Source of the DNA: an uncultured Candidatus Rokubacteria bacterium
Lineage (GTDB): Bacteria; Methylomirabilota; Methylomirabilia; Rokubacteriales; CSP1-6
Length of the DNA: 64,000 nt
Direction of reading: 5' to 3'
NCBI GenBank assembly: GCA_963758635.1
Contig: CAVWWD010000003.1
Coordinates: forward strand, 640,001 to 704,000
The notes beneath the pieces were generated by a model. That model was given only the letters and a program-made list of their open reading frames with translations, was not told the origin of the DNA and made no database searches. A program made the translations under genes and the position numbers. Positions 48,431 through 60,323 of this stretch are shown here, in pieces; positions within the stretch are counted from its first letter, which is position 1; each line of letters starts with the position of its first letter.

Positions 48431-51373
48431 TCATGCGCGGTGCCTCCGATCCACGTCCACCGGAATGTCGCGGGTCCGGCGCTCCACGCTCCGCGGCACG
48501 GTGAACGCGAACGTGGACCCCCGGCCGAGATCCGATTGCACCCACAGCCGCCCCCCGTGCATGGTGATGATGCGCCGGGCGATGGCGAGCCCGAGGCCGG
48601 TGCCGCCCACCTTGCGTGTGCTCGAGTCGTCCACCTGCTTGAACTCCTCGAAGATCGTCTCCTGGTCGCCGGTCGCGATGCCGGTGCCGGTGTCGGTCAC
48701 GGACACCGTGAACGCGTTGGCGTCCGCCGCCGCCTCGACGCGGATGCGCCCGGCGTCGGTGAACTTGATCGCGTTGCCCACGAGGTTCAGCAGGACCTGC
48801 GTGATGCGCCGCTCGTCCCCGCGCCCCGACGGCAGGTCGGGCGGGATGACGAACGAGAGCTCGAGCTGCTTCTCGGCGGCGAGCGACTCGACGGCCATGA
48901 ACACGCTCTGCATCACTTCCCGCATGGAGTACTCGCCGAGGTTGAGCGTCAGCTCGCCCGCCTCGATCTTCGACAGGTCCAGCACGTCGTTGATGAGGCC
49001 CAGGAGGTGGCGGCCGCTCTTGGCCACGCGCTCCAGGATGCCCCGGATCTTCTCGGGCAGCTCGCCGTAGGTCTCGTCGAGGATCAGCTCGGTGTAGCCC
49101 AGGATGGCGTTCATCGGCGTGCGGAGCTCGTGGCTCATGTTGGCCACGAACTGGCTCTTGGTCCGGTTCGCCATCTCGAGCTGTCGGTTCTTCTCCTCGA
49201 TGGCCTGGAACAAGCGGGCGTTGGCGATGGCCACGGCGGCGTGGAGCGCGAACGTCTGCACGAGCCGCACGGTGTGGGGCAGGATGGGCCGCCCGCTCGG
49301 CTTGTTGTCGCCGGCGAGCACGCCGACGGTGACCCCCCGGGCGATCATCGGCGCGACGAGGAGGCTCTTCGTGCGGATGGCGCGGATCTCCGAGTAGGGG
49401 GGGCGCAGGCGCAGCTCGGGGGGCAGGGGGTTGGCCTCGTTGTAGAGGAGCGGGAGGCCCTCGAGGTAGGCCTTGAACATCACCCCGGCCTCGGGGAGGG
49501 GAATCTCCGCCCCGTCGAAGTCCTTCGACTCGTCGGCGGCGAAGCCGGCCCCGGCCAGGTTCACCAGGCGGTCGGCCTCGGGGCTTACCGCCCAGATGTA
49601 GATCCGGTCGAGGAGCCCCATCTGGCTCGCGCCCTCGAGGACGCGATGGAGCTGCTCGCGGAGCGATAGCGGCTCCTGGAGCGAGGTGGACAGCGTGTAG
49701 AGCTGCTCCATGTTCCGGGACAGCTCCTCGAGACGGCTCTGCTGACTCCGCACCTCGTCGAACAGACGCGCGTTGTCCACGGCCACCTTCGACTGGTTGG
49801 CGAGGGCCACGAGGAGCTTGACCACGCGCTCGTCGAACCGGCCGGGCGCGCGCCGGAACACCACCACGCCGCGGTTGAGGTTGTCGCCGGGGATGGGCGC
49901 GGCGAGGAGCGAGCGGAGCCCCTCGCGCAGGCTCACGTCGCGGACCACGAAGTTCGGCGCCAGCTCGAAGTCGGCGATCTGGAACGGATGGCCGCTCTCG
50001 TACGCGCGCCGGAGAACGCCCTCCTCGGTGTTCACCGGCGTCCGCCGCATCCCCTCGAGGAACGCGGGGCTCAGGTTCTCGCTTGCCAGGTCCAGGAAGG
50101 TCCCGCTCGACCCGCGGTACTCCACGACCATGCCGGCGTCCGCGCCGGACAGCTGCATGGCGTGGCGGATGACGGTGGCGAGGACGTGCTTGAGGTCCAG
50201 CGACGAGCTGACGGCCTGCCCGACCTCGCTGAGCGCGCGCACCTCGTCGAGGGAGCGGGCGAGATCGTGCGTCTTGCCCTCGAGCTCCTCGAACAGGCGC
50301 GCGTTGTCGATGGCGATGGCCGCCTGGTCGGCGAAGATCTTCGACAGCTCGACCTGCCGGTCGGTGAACGGCTGCACGGCCTCGCGCCGGAGCATGATGG
50401 CGCCGGTGGGCACGCCCTCCCGCAGGAGGGGCACGGCGAGCAGCGTGTGGAGCCCGAGGTCGCGGTGGTAGGCGTTGCCCTCGGCGTACTCGCCGGGGGG
50501 TTCGGCGGTGAGGTCGTGCACGTGGATGGGCCGCCGCTCCGCCACCGCCCGGCCCGTCACCGTGCCCCGCGAGGCGGGCAGCACGGCGGGCGTCGGGAGC
50601 GCGCCGACGCCGGCCACCGGACGCAGCACCGTCGCCTCGAGGCGGAACACCACGGCGTCGCGGGCCCCGCACAGACGCGCGGCGTCCCGCGCCACCGCGT
50701 CGAGGACGCGCCGCGCGTCGGTGGGCGCGCTCGACAGGGCGTGGAGGATCTCGCTGGTCGCGGTCTCGCGCTCGAGGGCCTCCGCGAGCTCGCGAGTCTG
50801 GCGCTCAATGGTGCGCCGGTCGTCGATGATCCGCCGGGCCTGGCGCCGGATGAGGAGCGCGAACACGCCGCAGTACACGATGATGCCGGCGATCGAGAGC
50901 CCGGTGGTGAGCGGGCTCGCCTCGGGCTGCACGGTGAACCCGATGATCGCGCCCATGAGGCCGGCGCCGGCGGCGAGCGCGCCGACGCCGCCCGCGGCGA
51001 GGGGCAGCCCCCCGATGCTCAGGAGCGCGATCGTGAGCCCGAGGGCGAACGCCACCGACGGCCAGAGGCTGAAGGCGGCCTGGACGATCCAGCTTCCCGC
51101 GATGAAGCCGTCGACCAGGACGTGGAGGTGCTCGGCGCGGCGGGAGTCGCGGCTCGCGCGGGAGATGGCGAAGGCGACGTGGGGCCAGAGGAGGCCCTGG
51201 GCGAGGAGCGCCATCCACAGGGGCGCGCTCGCTCCGCGCTCGTAGAACACGGAGGACATGATCACCACCATCACCGCGTGGCCGACGGTGCGGATCCGGT
51301 AGTCGAGAAAGACGATCGGATGAATGGGCGTTGCGGTCGGAGCCACCGGCTGAGGGGTGTCCACGCGCTCCAA
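48431..51373 (-). CDS. Sensor histidine kinase (MASE2-like membrane domain + GAF repeats + HisKA/HATPase)
   Basis: LLWPHVAF..EHLHVLVD (MASE2-like); FADQAAIAIDNARLF; MSHELRTPMN. Confidence 0.9.
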   Translation of the reverse strand: MERVDTPQPVAPTATPIHPIVFLDYRIRTVGHAVMVVIMSSVFYERGASAPLWMALLAQGLLWPHVAFAISRASRDSRRAEHLHVLVDGFIAGSWIVQAAFSLWPSVAFALGLTIALLSIGGLPLAAGGVGALAAGAGLMGAIIGFTVQPEASPLTTGLSIAGIIVYCGVFALLIRRQARRIIDDRRTIERQTRELAEALERETATSEILHALSSAPTDARRVLDAVARDAARLCGARDAVVFRLEATVLRPVAGVGALPTPAVLPASRGTVTGRAVAERRPIHVHDLTAEPPGEYAEGNAYHRDLGLHTLLAVPLLREGVPTGAIMLRREAVQPFTDRQVELSKIFADQAAIAIDNARLFEELEGKTHDLARSLDEVRALSEVGQAVSSSLDLKHVLATVIRHAMQLSGADAGMVVEYRGSSGTFLDLASENLSPAFLEGMRRTPVNTEEGVLRRAYESGHPFQIADFELAPNFVVRDVSLREGLRSLLAAPIPGDNLNRGVVVFRRAPGRFDERVVKLLVALANQSKVAVDNARLFDEVRSQQSRLEELSRNMEQLYTLSTSLQEPLSLREQLHRVLEGASQMGLLDRIYIWAVSPEADRLVNLAGAGFAADESKDFDGAEIPLPEAGVMFKAYLEGLPLLYNEANPLPPELRLRPPYSEIRAIRTKSLLVAPMIARGVTVGVLAGDNKPSGRPILPHTVRLVQTFALHAAVAIANARLFQAIEEKNRQLEMANRTKSQFVANMSHELRTPMNAILGYTELILDETYGELPEKIRGILERVAKSGRHLLGLINDVLDLSKIEAGELTLNLGEYSMREVMQSVFMAVESLAAEKQLELSFVIPPDLPSGRGDERRITQVLLNLVGNAIKFTDAGRIRVEAAADANAFTVSVTDTGTGIATGDQETIFEEFKQVDDSSTRKVGGTGLGLAIARRIITMHGGRLWVQSDLGRGSTFAFTVPRSVERRTRDIPVDVDRRHRA

Positions 51374-51438
51374 TCCAGGGCCGCTCGCTCCCCCGTCGGA
51401 GGGTTCCGGCCGGGCGCGGGAGCGGCGGCTCAGGCGGC

Positions 51439-51467
51439 AGTGTAAGGGCCGAGGGGGGGAGTGTCAA
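51439..51467 (-). promoter_or_regulatory. Sigma-70 promoter of the kinase cluster
   Basis: TTGACA-N17-TACACT. Confidence 0.7.
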
Positions 51468-51537
51468 CGTCTCGAAGAATATGCCCGTTCCGGGCTTCGG
51501 GCGACCCCCGGCCGGCCCCGTCGGGCGGGCTTCCGGG

Positions 51538-52896
<1,359 letters not shown>

Positions 52897-52904
52897 GAGG
52901 CGCC

Positions 52905-55142
52905 TCAGGCCTGCACGGCGGTCGCGGCGAGGCGGCCGGCGGGCAGCTCGATGACGAAGCGGCTGCCCTGGGGGGCGTTGTCCTCCAGCCAGATCGTGCC
53001 GCCGTGGTCGGTGACGATCTGGTGCACGATGGGCAGGCCGAGCCCCATGCCCGTCGCCTTCGTCGAGAAGTACGGGAGGAAGAGCCGCTCGCGGTCCTCG
53101 GGGGAGATGCCGGGCCCGGTGTCGGCCACCACGATGCGGGCGCGGCGGGAGTCGGGCAGCCACACCGTCTCCACCAGCACCTCGCCGGCCGGGCCCACGG
53201 CCTCGACGGCGTTGTCGACCAGGTTGAGCACGGCCCGGCGGAGCTGGTTCGGGTCGACCTCGACCTGCGGCACGTCGGGCGAGAACACCGAGCGGATCGA
53301 CAGCGCGGGGTGCGACTCCCGGTACAGGACGAGCACGGCGTCGAGGAGCCGCGCGAGGTCGGTGGGCCGGAGCGAGAGCGCGGGCATGCGCGCGAAGCGC
53401 GAGAACTCGTCCACGAGCTGCTTGAGGCCGTCCACCTCCTGGATGATCGTGGCCGTCGCCTCCTCGAGGAGGCGCTTCTCGTCGGGGCGGCGGTCGCCGC
53501 CCAGGCGCCGGCGCAGGCGCTGCGCGGAGAGCTGGATGGGGGTGAGCGGGTTCTTGATCTCGTGGGCGATGCGCTGCGCCACCTCGCGCCACGCGGCGAG
53601 CCGCTGGGCCTTGAGCAGCTCGGTGAGGTCGTCGAACACGAGGACCATGCCCATGGGCGCGCCGTCCGGTCCCTTGAGCGTGGTGGCGGAGGCGAGGAGG
53701 GTGATGGCCTGGCCGTCGCGGCGCAGGTGCACCTCGCGCTCGACCGTCCCCTCGCGCACGCGCGCCATGCGCTGGATGAGGGCGACGATGTCCGCGTGCT
53801 CCGGCCCGCGGAACACCGTCGTGTCGGGCTGGCCCTCGGCGGCGCGCGCGGGGACGCCGAGCATCCGCTCCGCCGCGCTGTTCACCGTGCTCACGCGGCC
53901 GGCCGCGTCCAGGGAGACCACGCCGGTGGCCACCGCCTCGAGCACGGTCTCGGTGTAGCGGCGCCGCTGCTCCATCTCGCTGTGCTTGGCCTGCAGGTCG
54001 AGGTACGCCTCCTCGAGCTTGGTCTTCGACGAGGCGAGGTCGCCCGTCATCCGGTTGAAGGACTCGACGAGGACGCCGATCTCGTCGTCCGCGCGCACCT
54101 GCACCTTGTAGTTCAGGTTCCCCGCCGACACCTCGCGCGTGCCCTCGGCGAGCATCTGGATGGGCTCGGTGATGCCGCGCGCCAGGTAGAGGCCGAACCA
54201 GGTGGCGGAGAACACGATGATCAGCGTCATCAGCATGAACAGCAGGATGTAGATGCCCTTGATCGGCGTCTTCAGGAGCTTGAGCTGCTTGTACTCCTGG
54301 AAGGCCTGGCTGATGCCGCGCAGCCGGGCTTCCAGGCGCTGGCTCACGTGGATGCCGACCACGACGACCCCGACCACCTCGCGGGCGGCGTTCCGGATGG
54401 GCACCACCGCCTGGATGAGGTCGCCGATCTCCATCTCGTTGACGGTGGTGATCTCCTGGCCGGCGAGACCCTGGACCACGCGGTCGCGGTGCAGCGGGCG
54501 CGCGGGCAGACCGGCGAGCGCGGGGTCGGCGACGTGAGCCTGCTCCTGTCCGCCCCGGCCGAAGATGGTGATCGCGGAGAGCCCGAGCCGGTCCCGCTGC
54601 TCGGCGAGGAAGGCGACGAGGGCGGAGCGGTTCCCGACGACGAGGAGCCCGTCGTGGTCGGTCACGCGCGCGATGTAGCGGCCGTGGCGCACCGCCGTGG
54701 TCTCGAGGGTCTGGTAGTAGGCCTGCGCCACCTCGAGGGCCTGGTCCAGGGGGCGCTCGACCTGGGGCTTGAACCACCCCTCGATCGACTTGGTGATGAA
54801 GTTCGAGGCCACGATGAAGATGAGCAGGCCCGGGGTCAGGGCCAGGAACAGGAAGGCGAGGACGAGCTTCGCCTTGAAGCGCGACCCGATCACCTTCTGG
54901 CGCCGCTCGAACGAGAGCTTCACGAGGTTTCTGAACAGCAGGACGAGGAGCAGGAGGAAGACGATCAGGTTGAGGTTGAGCAGGGCCAGGACGAGCAGGT
55001 TCGACGCGACGGGGATCTGCGGGGTGCGGACGCCCACCTCGAACACGGTGGCGACGACGAGGAGGACGAGGATCCCGCTGATGATCAGCAGGTTCCGCTT
55101 GCGCCGGCCCTGCTCCCCGTGCTCGTCGTGCGTGAGCGGCAT
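52905..55142 (-). CDS. ntrY: NtrY-like sensor histidine kinase
   Basis: SIEGWF, HAMP, PAS, AWREVAQRIAHEIKNPLTPIQLSA. Confidence 0.9.
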   Translation of the reverse strand: MPLTHDEHGEQGRRKRNLLIISGILVLLVVATVFEVGVRTPQIPVASNLLVLALLNLNLIVFLLLLVLLFRNLVKLSFERRQKVIGSRFKAKLVLAFLFLALTPGLLIFIVASNFITKSIEGWFKPQVERPLDQALEVAQAYYQTLETTAVRHGRYIARVTDHDGLLVVGNRSALVAFLAEQRDRLGLSAITIFGRGGQEQAHVADPALAGLPARPLHRDRVVQGLAGQEITTVNEMEIGDLIQAVVPIRNAAREVVGVVVVGIHVSQRLEARLRGISQAFQEYKQLKLLKTPIKGIYILLFMLMTLIIVFSATWFGLYLARGITEPIQMLAEGTREVSAGNLNYKVQVRADDEIGVLVESFNRMTGDLASSKTKLEEAYLDLQAKHSEMEQRRRYTETVLEAVATGVVSLDAAGRVSTVNSAAERMLGVPARAAEGQPDTTVFRGPEHADIVALIQRMARVREGTVEREVHLRRDGQAITLLASATTLKGPDGAPMGMVLVFDDLTELLKAQRLAAWREVAQRIAHEIKNPLTPIQLSAQRLRRRLGGDRRPDEKRLLEEATATIIQEVDGLKQLVDEFSRFARMPALSLRPTDLARLLDAVLVLYRESHPALSIRSVFSPDVPQVEVDPNQLRRAVLNLVDNAVEAVGPAGEVLVETVWLPDSRRARIVVADTGPGISPEDRERLFLPYFSTKATGMGLGLPIVHQIVTDHGGTIWLEDNAPQGSRFVIELPAGRLAATAVQA

Positions 55143-55741
55143 CACTGGCTCCGGAGCGGCGTGATGAGGCTCGACTGGAACCACGGCGTCTCGGCGGCGT
55201 CGCCGGCCACGCGGGCCACCCACGAGTTGATCCCGTTCAGCGACACGTCGGCGCGCACCCGGACGTAGAAGAGCTCGTTCTGGTCCAGGGAGCTGGCGGG
55301 CGCGAGCTTCGCCACCCGCAGCTCGGAGACCACGCGCTGGGCCTCGCGCAGGCTCTTGGTGACGTAGGGCTCGCGCTGCTCCCCGGCGAGCGACGCCACC
55401 TTGTACTCCTTGGTCAGCACGTTGTAGGTGATCTGCCGCTCCACTGTCCGCGTCTGCAGCCGCCGCTCGATCCAGACCCGACTGTACTGCCAGAGCTCCA
55501 CGATGAACCGGAGGTGCGTGGGGACGCCGCTGTGGAGGCTCTCGGAGAGCGAGGGGGGCACGGCGCCCAGCAGCACCACGTTGACCGTGACGTCGAGATC
55601 GTTCAGGAAGACCGAGACGTTGCTGATCCGGAGCTGGGCCTCGGCCGGGGCCGGGAACACGAGCCCCACCCAGAAACCGATGACCAGGCCCGGCAGGACC
55701 CAGGAGCGCGCGTGCCTCGGGAGCGACCGTCGGATAGCCAC
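55142..55741 (-). CDS. DUF4390-like exported protein
   Basis: Signal anchor; LHSGVP, ITYNVLTKEY; typical position upstream of ntrY. Confidence 0.7.
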   Translation of the reverse strand: MAIRRSLPRHARSWVLPGLVIGFWVGLVFPAPAEAQLRISNVSVFLNDLDVTVNVVLLGAVPPSLSESLHSGVPTHLRFIVELWQYSRVWIERRLQTRTVERQITYNVLTKEYKVASLAGEQREPYVTKSLREAQRVVSELRVAKLAPASSLDQNELFYVRVRADVSLNGINSWVARVAGDAAETPWFQSSLITPLRSQ

Positions 55742-55856
55742 GACCGGCCCATTATAGATGCACCCGAGACCGTGGTATGGGCCAAGACGATCGGCACCGC
55801 CCGGCGCCGGCGATCGCGGCGCATCGGGGGCGGGCGGGCCGGCTCCCGGGATCTAA

Positions 55857-55933
55857 TGAGCCTCGCGCATCAGACTAATGCCGAGCGGTGGGACTATAGG
55901 GGCCCGTGGCGTTACCGTATTCTGCGAGGGTCA
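55857..55933. repeat. 77-bp dispersed element, copy 3
   Basis: About 90% identical to 4398-4475. Confidence 0.9.
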
Positions 55934-55937
55934 CAGA

Positions 55938-56840
55938 CTAGAGGGCGGGGACGCTCTCCGGAGTGGAGCGCGCGGTCGTGGCCGTGGCGTTCCCGCGGGC
56001 GCGCGTCCGGCGGCGTTCCGCGGCGCGGGCATCGTTGATCGCGACCAGGAGCTTGTGGTTCAGCGCGTGACCGCCGTTCCGGGCGATCACGTGGCCGACC
56101 AGCGGGCGGCCGAGGAGCAGGAGGTCGCCGATCAGGTCGAGGACCTTGTGGCGGACGAACTCGTCGGTGAAGCGGAGCGCGTCGTTGAGGACGGTGCGCT
56201 TGCCCACGACGACGGCGTTGTCCAGCGAGCCGCCGAGCCCAAGCCCGTTCTTCCGCATCGCGCCCATATCGCGCAGGAAGCCGTAGGTCCGGGCCGGGGC
56301 GATCTCGTCCGCGAAGACCTCCTCGGAGAGGACGAACGAGGTGGCCTGGAGCCCGATCGCCGGGTGGTCGTGATCCAGGGTGTAGCTGATCCGGAAGCTT
56401 TCCGCGGGCACGACCTGGATCCAGCGCGTCCCGTCCTCGACGCGAATCGTCTGGTCGATGACCAGGGGCTTGCGCGCCGCGGGCAGCGTGAGCTGGCCCG
56501 CCAACGCGAGCAGATCGACGAAGGGCTTGGAGCTGCCGTCCATCGCGGGCAGTTCGCCGCCGCTCACGTCCACGAGGAGGTTGTCGATGCCGAGGCCGGC
56601 CGCGGCCGCCATGAGGTGCTCGATCGTCCGCACCTTGACGCCGAAGGCGCCGACCGTCGTGGCGAAGTGGGAGTCGACCACGTGGTCGATGGTCGCGGGG
56701 ATCAGCGTGCCGTCCGGCGCCCGGAGCAGGATGCCGGTGTCCGCGGCCGCCGGGGAGAGCCTCAGCTTGACCACTTCCCCGGAGTGGAGCCCGACGCCTT
56801 CCGTGCTGACCGACCGCCTGATCGTACGCTGGTTGCTCAT
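55938..56840 (-). CDS. lpxC: UDP-3-O-acyl-GlcNAc deacetylase
   Basis: QRTI, GVGLHSG, TIEHLMAA, ARTYGF, RHKVLDLIGDL. Confidence 0.96.
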   Translation of the reverse strand: MSNQRTIRRSVSTEGVGLHSGEVVKLRLSPAAADTGILLRAPDGTLIPATIDHVVDSHFATTVGAFGVKVRTIEHLMAAAAGLGIDNLLVDVSGGELPAMDGSSKPFVDLLALAGQLTLPAARKPLVIDQTIRVEDGTRWIQVVPAESFRISYTLDHDHPAIGLQATSFVLSEEVFADEIAPARTYGFLRDMGAMRKNGLGLGGSLDNAVVVGKRTVLNDALRFTDEFVRHKVLDLIGDLLLLGRPLVGHVIARNGGHALNHKLLVAINDARAAERRRTRARGNATATTARSTPESVPAL

Positions 56841-56858
56841 CGCCAGGCAGAGATGCTA

Positions 56859-56874
56859 AGCAATCCAGGTTCCA
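56859..56874 (-). promoter_or_regulatory. Candidate sigma-54 (-24/-12) promoter of lpxC
   Basis: TGGAAC-CTGGA-TTGCT (GG-N10-GC) with upstream IHF-like and inverted-repeat sites. Confidence 0.65.
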
Positions 56875-57007
56875 TGGCGATGGATGATCATTAACATTAT
56901 GATTCAGAAGCCTTTCATCATCGTACGGGCCAAGATCACGACGGGACAGTCTCAGGAATGAGACACGGAGGCCGGTGGCCGCGTCTCATTTCGGCACAAT
57001 TGCATGG

Positions 57008-57451
57008 TCAGGTCTCGAAGAGCACACGAGCCTCGGTGGCTCCTTCGTCGACGACGACCTCAGCCCCATCGGGTGAGGCGGCCCGGAGGGCGAGCTTCAC
57101 GACGTGGCGGGCCGGATCGACCTCCTCGCCGTGGAGCAGCCCGTGGATCCGGAAGGGTTCACCCCCCGGCCGGGGCAGAGGCTCGACCGGGGACACCTCG
57201 ACCCGGCACGCGACGAAGCCCTCCACCTCGTGCACGTACAGGCACTCGTTGAGCCAGTTCACGAGGAGCCGCTCGAGGCTCCCCGCGTGCGCCCGGACCT
57301 CCCGCACGTCTCGCTCCTGGACGTGGTCGGGCTCGACGATCAGGGAAAACATCCCCACGGTGGCCCGCGCGAAGGCTTCGGCGAGGGACGACCCCCGCGC
57401 CCTCACCCCGACCTCCGATCCGGACGAGAAGGGCTCGAATCCCTCGTTCAC
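57008..57451 (-). CDS. Archease-like protein (degenerate motifs)
   Basis: VGVRARGSSLAEAF, LLVNWLNECLY, GEEVDPARH..VK. Confidence 0.75.
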   Translation of the reverse strand: MNEGFEPFSSGSEVGVRARGSSLAEAFARATVGMFSLIVEPDHVQERDVREVRAHAGSLERLLVNWLNECLYVHEVEGFVACRVEVSPVEPLPRPGGEPFRIHGLLHGEEVDPARHVVKLALRAASPDGAEVVVDEGATEARVLFET

Positions 57452-58216
57452 GGAGTCGTCCCGAGGTCCCCGTAGCGAGCCTGCAGGAGCGCGATCGCCA
57501 CAGGCCCCGCGGTCTCCGTCCTCAGGATCCTGGGGCCCAGGCCGGCCAGCACGGCGCCCGCGCCTGCGAGGCGAGCGACCTCCGGCTCGGCGAGGCCGCC
57601 CTCGGGACCCACCACGAGCGTGGCCCGCCGGATGGGACCCGCGGGCAGCCGGTCGGCGAGGAGCGCCTGCTCACCCTCCCAGACGCAGACCATGAGGCCC
57701 CGGTCGGCCGGCTCCTCCAGCCAGGCCGACAGGCCAACGGGTGGCGACACGGTCGGCACCACGGCGCGGCCGCACTGCTTGGCCGCCTCGCGCGCGATCC
57801 GCTGCCAGCGCTCGTGACGGCTCCGCCACCGGTCGCCGTCGGCGCGCGCCACCGTCCGCTCGGAGACGAGGGGCCTGACCGCCGCCGCGCCGAGCTCGGT
57901 GACCATCCGGACGATCAGGTCCATCTTGTCGGACTTGGGCACTGCCCTGGGCGAGCGTCAGGTGGAGCGGCGACTCGCCGCCGCCGGCGCGCTCCGCGAG
58001 CACGAGGCCTGCCGCCGTCCGTGCCGTGACCTCGGTGAGCCGGACGCTCCATTCACGGCCCTGGCCGTCGACGGCCACGACCAGGTCGCCCGCCGTCAGT
58101 CGCAGCACCCGGCTCATGTGGCGGCTCTGCTCGCCGTCGAAGGTCACGTGTCGGGCGCCGGCGTCGAGGCCGCTCAGCACGAAGCGCGGGGCCCGCCCCG
58201 TCGGCTCACCGCTCAT
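57448..58216 (-). CDS. rsmE: 16S rRNA m3U1498 methyltransferase, frameshifted near 57945
   Basis: HMSRVLRL; KSDKMDLI, AAKQCGR, VGPEGG, LGPRILRTETA. Confidence 0.92.
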
Positions 58217-59154
58217 GCGCGCCGCAGCAGCACCGACGACCAGCCCTCGATGACGACGCGTCCGTCCGGCGCGAACCCGGCCGGGCCGAGGCGCATCGCC
58301 ACCTCGGCGTCCTCGCCGTCGAGCATCCCGCCGAGGACGATCGCGCCCCCGGGCGCGACGATCCGCGCGTACGCGGCGGCGAGGGCGAGGTGCGTGTGCG
58401 TGAGCAGGTTCGCCAGCACGAGGTCGAACTCGGCGCCCGGCGCCGTCGCCTCGATGCCCTCGAGCGCCAGCTCGATGGCGTCGGCGCATGCGTTGAGCGC
58501 GGCGTTTCCGGCGACGGCGGCCAGCGCGTCCGGATCGATGTCGATGGCGCGCACCCGCGGCGCGCCGAGCTTCAGCGCGGCGATGGCGAGGATGCCGGTG
58601 CCGGTCCCCACGTCGAGCACGCGGCGGGGCGCCGATCCCGGGCGCCAGCGGCCAGCCTCGGCGTCGAGGAGGGCGAGGCAGCCCTCGGTGCTGCCGTGGT
58701 GCCCGGTGCCGAAGGCGCGGCCCGGCTCGATGACGACGGCGATCCGCGACGACGGCGCCCGCTCGGCCCACGGCGGCAGGACGACGAGACGCTCGCCGAT
58801 CTCCCGAGGCGGGAAGGACTGCTGCCATGCGCTCGCCCACTGGGCGTCGAGGAGGGGGCTGATCTCGGCCGCGCGCCCGCCCACGCCGAAGCCGAGCGCG
58901 GCGAGGGCAGCCCGGTAGGCGTCGACGGCGGCGAGGAGCTTCGTGGACGACCGGTCCTCCGGATAGAACGCGCGCAGCCGCGGCGGCTCGCCGGGCAGCT
59001 CCTCCTCGACCACGCCCAGCGCGCCCTGCTCCCAGAGGAAATTCGTGAGGCCTTCGGTGGTCTCGGCAGACGTGGGGACGCGCAGCTCCCAGAAGCTGGG
59101 CCTCGGCGCGGCGGGAAGCGGCGCGGGGGTGGCTCCCGTTCCGCCGGAGGGCAT
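58213..59154 (-). CDS. prmA: Ribosomal protein L11 methyltransferase
   Basis: PGRAFGTGHH, LDVGTGTGILAI, ANLL. Confidence 0.92.
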   Translation of the reverse strand: MPSGGTGATPAPLPAAPRPSFWELRVPTSAETTEGLTNFLWEQGALGVVEEELPGEPPRLRAFYPEDRSSTKLLAAVDAYRAALAALGFGVGGRAAEISPLLDAQWASAWQQSFPPREIGERLVVLPPWAERAPSSRIAVVIEPGRAFGTGHHGSTEGCLALLDAEAGRWRPGSAPRRVLDVGTGTGILAIAALKLGAPRVRAIDIDPDALAAVAGNAALNACADAIELALEGIEATAPGAEFDLVLANLLTHTHLALAAAYARIVAPGGAIVLGGMLDGEDAEVAMRLGPAGFAPDGRVVIEGWSSVLLRRA

Positions 59155-59251
59155 CAGGACCCGAAGAGCTTCTTCATGTCGATCCGGGCATCAGGACCCG
59201 AAGAGCTTCTTCATGTCGATCCGGGCATCAGGACCCGAAGAGCTTCTTCAT
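59149..59251. repeat. 37-bp tandem repeat (about 2.8 copies) of the dnaJ-stop/prmA-start junction
   Basis: GGGCATCAGGACCCGAAGAGCTTCTTCATGTCGATCC at 59149, 59186, 59223 (partial). Confidence 0.92.
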
Positions 59252-60319
59252 CCGGTCGAGCCAGCCCGTGATGAGCGGTCCCGACTCGTCCTTCGAGGAC
59301 TGATGCAGCTCCTCGAGCAGCTCGCGCTGCCGCGCGGTGAGGCGCGTCGGCACCTCGATCGCCACCTGGTACACGGCGTCGCCGTGACCGCGGCCGCGCA
59401 GATGCGGCATGCCCTTGCCACGCAGGCGGATCTGCTCGCCGGGCTGGGTGCCCGCAGGCACGGTGAGCGTGGCCTTGCCGCCCAGCACCGGCACCTCGAC
59501 CTCGGACCCGAGCGCGGCCTGGGGGAACGTGATCGGCAGCTCGCACAGGAGATCGGCGCCGCGGCGCAGGAAGATCTCGTGCGGCTTCACGTGGATCACC
59601 ACGTAGAGGTCGCCGGCCGGGCCACCGTGGATGCCGCCCTCGCCCTCACCCGAGAGCCGGAGCTGGTTGCCGTCCTCGACGCCGCCCGGGATGGTGACGT
59701 TCAGGAGGTGCTCCTTGCGCTGGCGCCCCTGGCCCCGGCACTCCTTGCAGGGGTTCTTGAGGATCTGCCCTTCGCCCCCGCACGTGGGGCAGGGCCGGGC
59801 GACGGTGAGGAAGCCCTGGGAGAAGCGGACCTGTCCCTGACCGCGGCACGACGTGCAGGTCTCCGGCTTGCTCCCCGGCTGGGCGCCGGTGCCGCGGCAG
59901 GCGTCGCACGTCTCGTGGCGCGGGATCTGGAGCTTGGTCTCGATCCCCGCCGCCGCCTCCTCGAGCGTGATCTCGAGGTTGTACTGCAGGTGCTCGCCCC
60001 GGCGCGCGTGCGATCGCCGGCCACGCTCGCCGCCGCCGAAGAAGCCCTCGAAGAGATCTTCGAAGATGGTGCCGAAGCCCGCGTCGCCCGCCGCCGGCCC
60101 GGAGACGGTGCCGAAGCGGTCGTACTGCGCGCGCTTGTCGGGGTCGGAGAGGATGGTGTACGCCTCGCTGACCTCCTTGAAGCGCTCCTCCGCGGCCTTG
60201 TCGCCGGGATTGCGATCGGGATGGTGCATCCGGGCGAGCTTGCGGTAGACCCGCTTCAGCTCGGCCTCGTCCGCGTCCCTCGATACGCCGAGGATGGCGT
60301 AGTAGTTGGGGCCGGCCAC
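59228..60319 (-). CDS. dnaJ: Chaperone DnaJ
   Basis: J-domain HPD, four CxxCxGxG. Confidence 0.97.
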   Translation of the reverse strand: MAGPNYYAILGVSRDADEAELKRVYRKLARMHHPDRNPGDKAAEERFKEVSEAYTILSDPDKRAQYDRFGTVSGPAAGDAGFGTIFEDLFEGFFGGGERGRRSHARRGEHLQYNLEITLEEAAAGIETKLQIPRHETCDACRGTGAQPGSKPETCTSCRGQGQVRFSQGFLTVARPCPTCGGEGQILKNPCKECRGQGRQRKEHLLNVTIPGGVEDGNQLRLSGEGEGGIHGGPAGDLYVVIHVKPHEIFLRRGADLLCELPITFPQAALGSEVEVPVLGGKATLTVPAGTQPGEQIRLRGKGMPHLRGRGHGDAVYQVAIEVPTRLTARQRELLEELHQSSKDESGPLITGWLDRMKKLFGS

Positions 60320-60323
60320 AGGA

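Noticed and set aside
59149..59251. 37-bp repeats as a CRISPR array
   Set aside because: Head-to-tail with no spacers, derived from the dnaJ coding end, and no cas genes in the window
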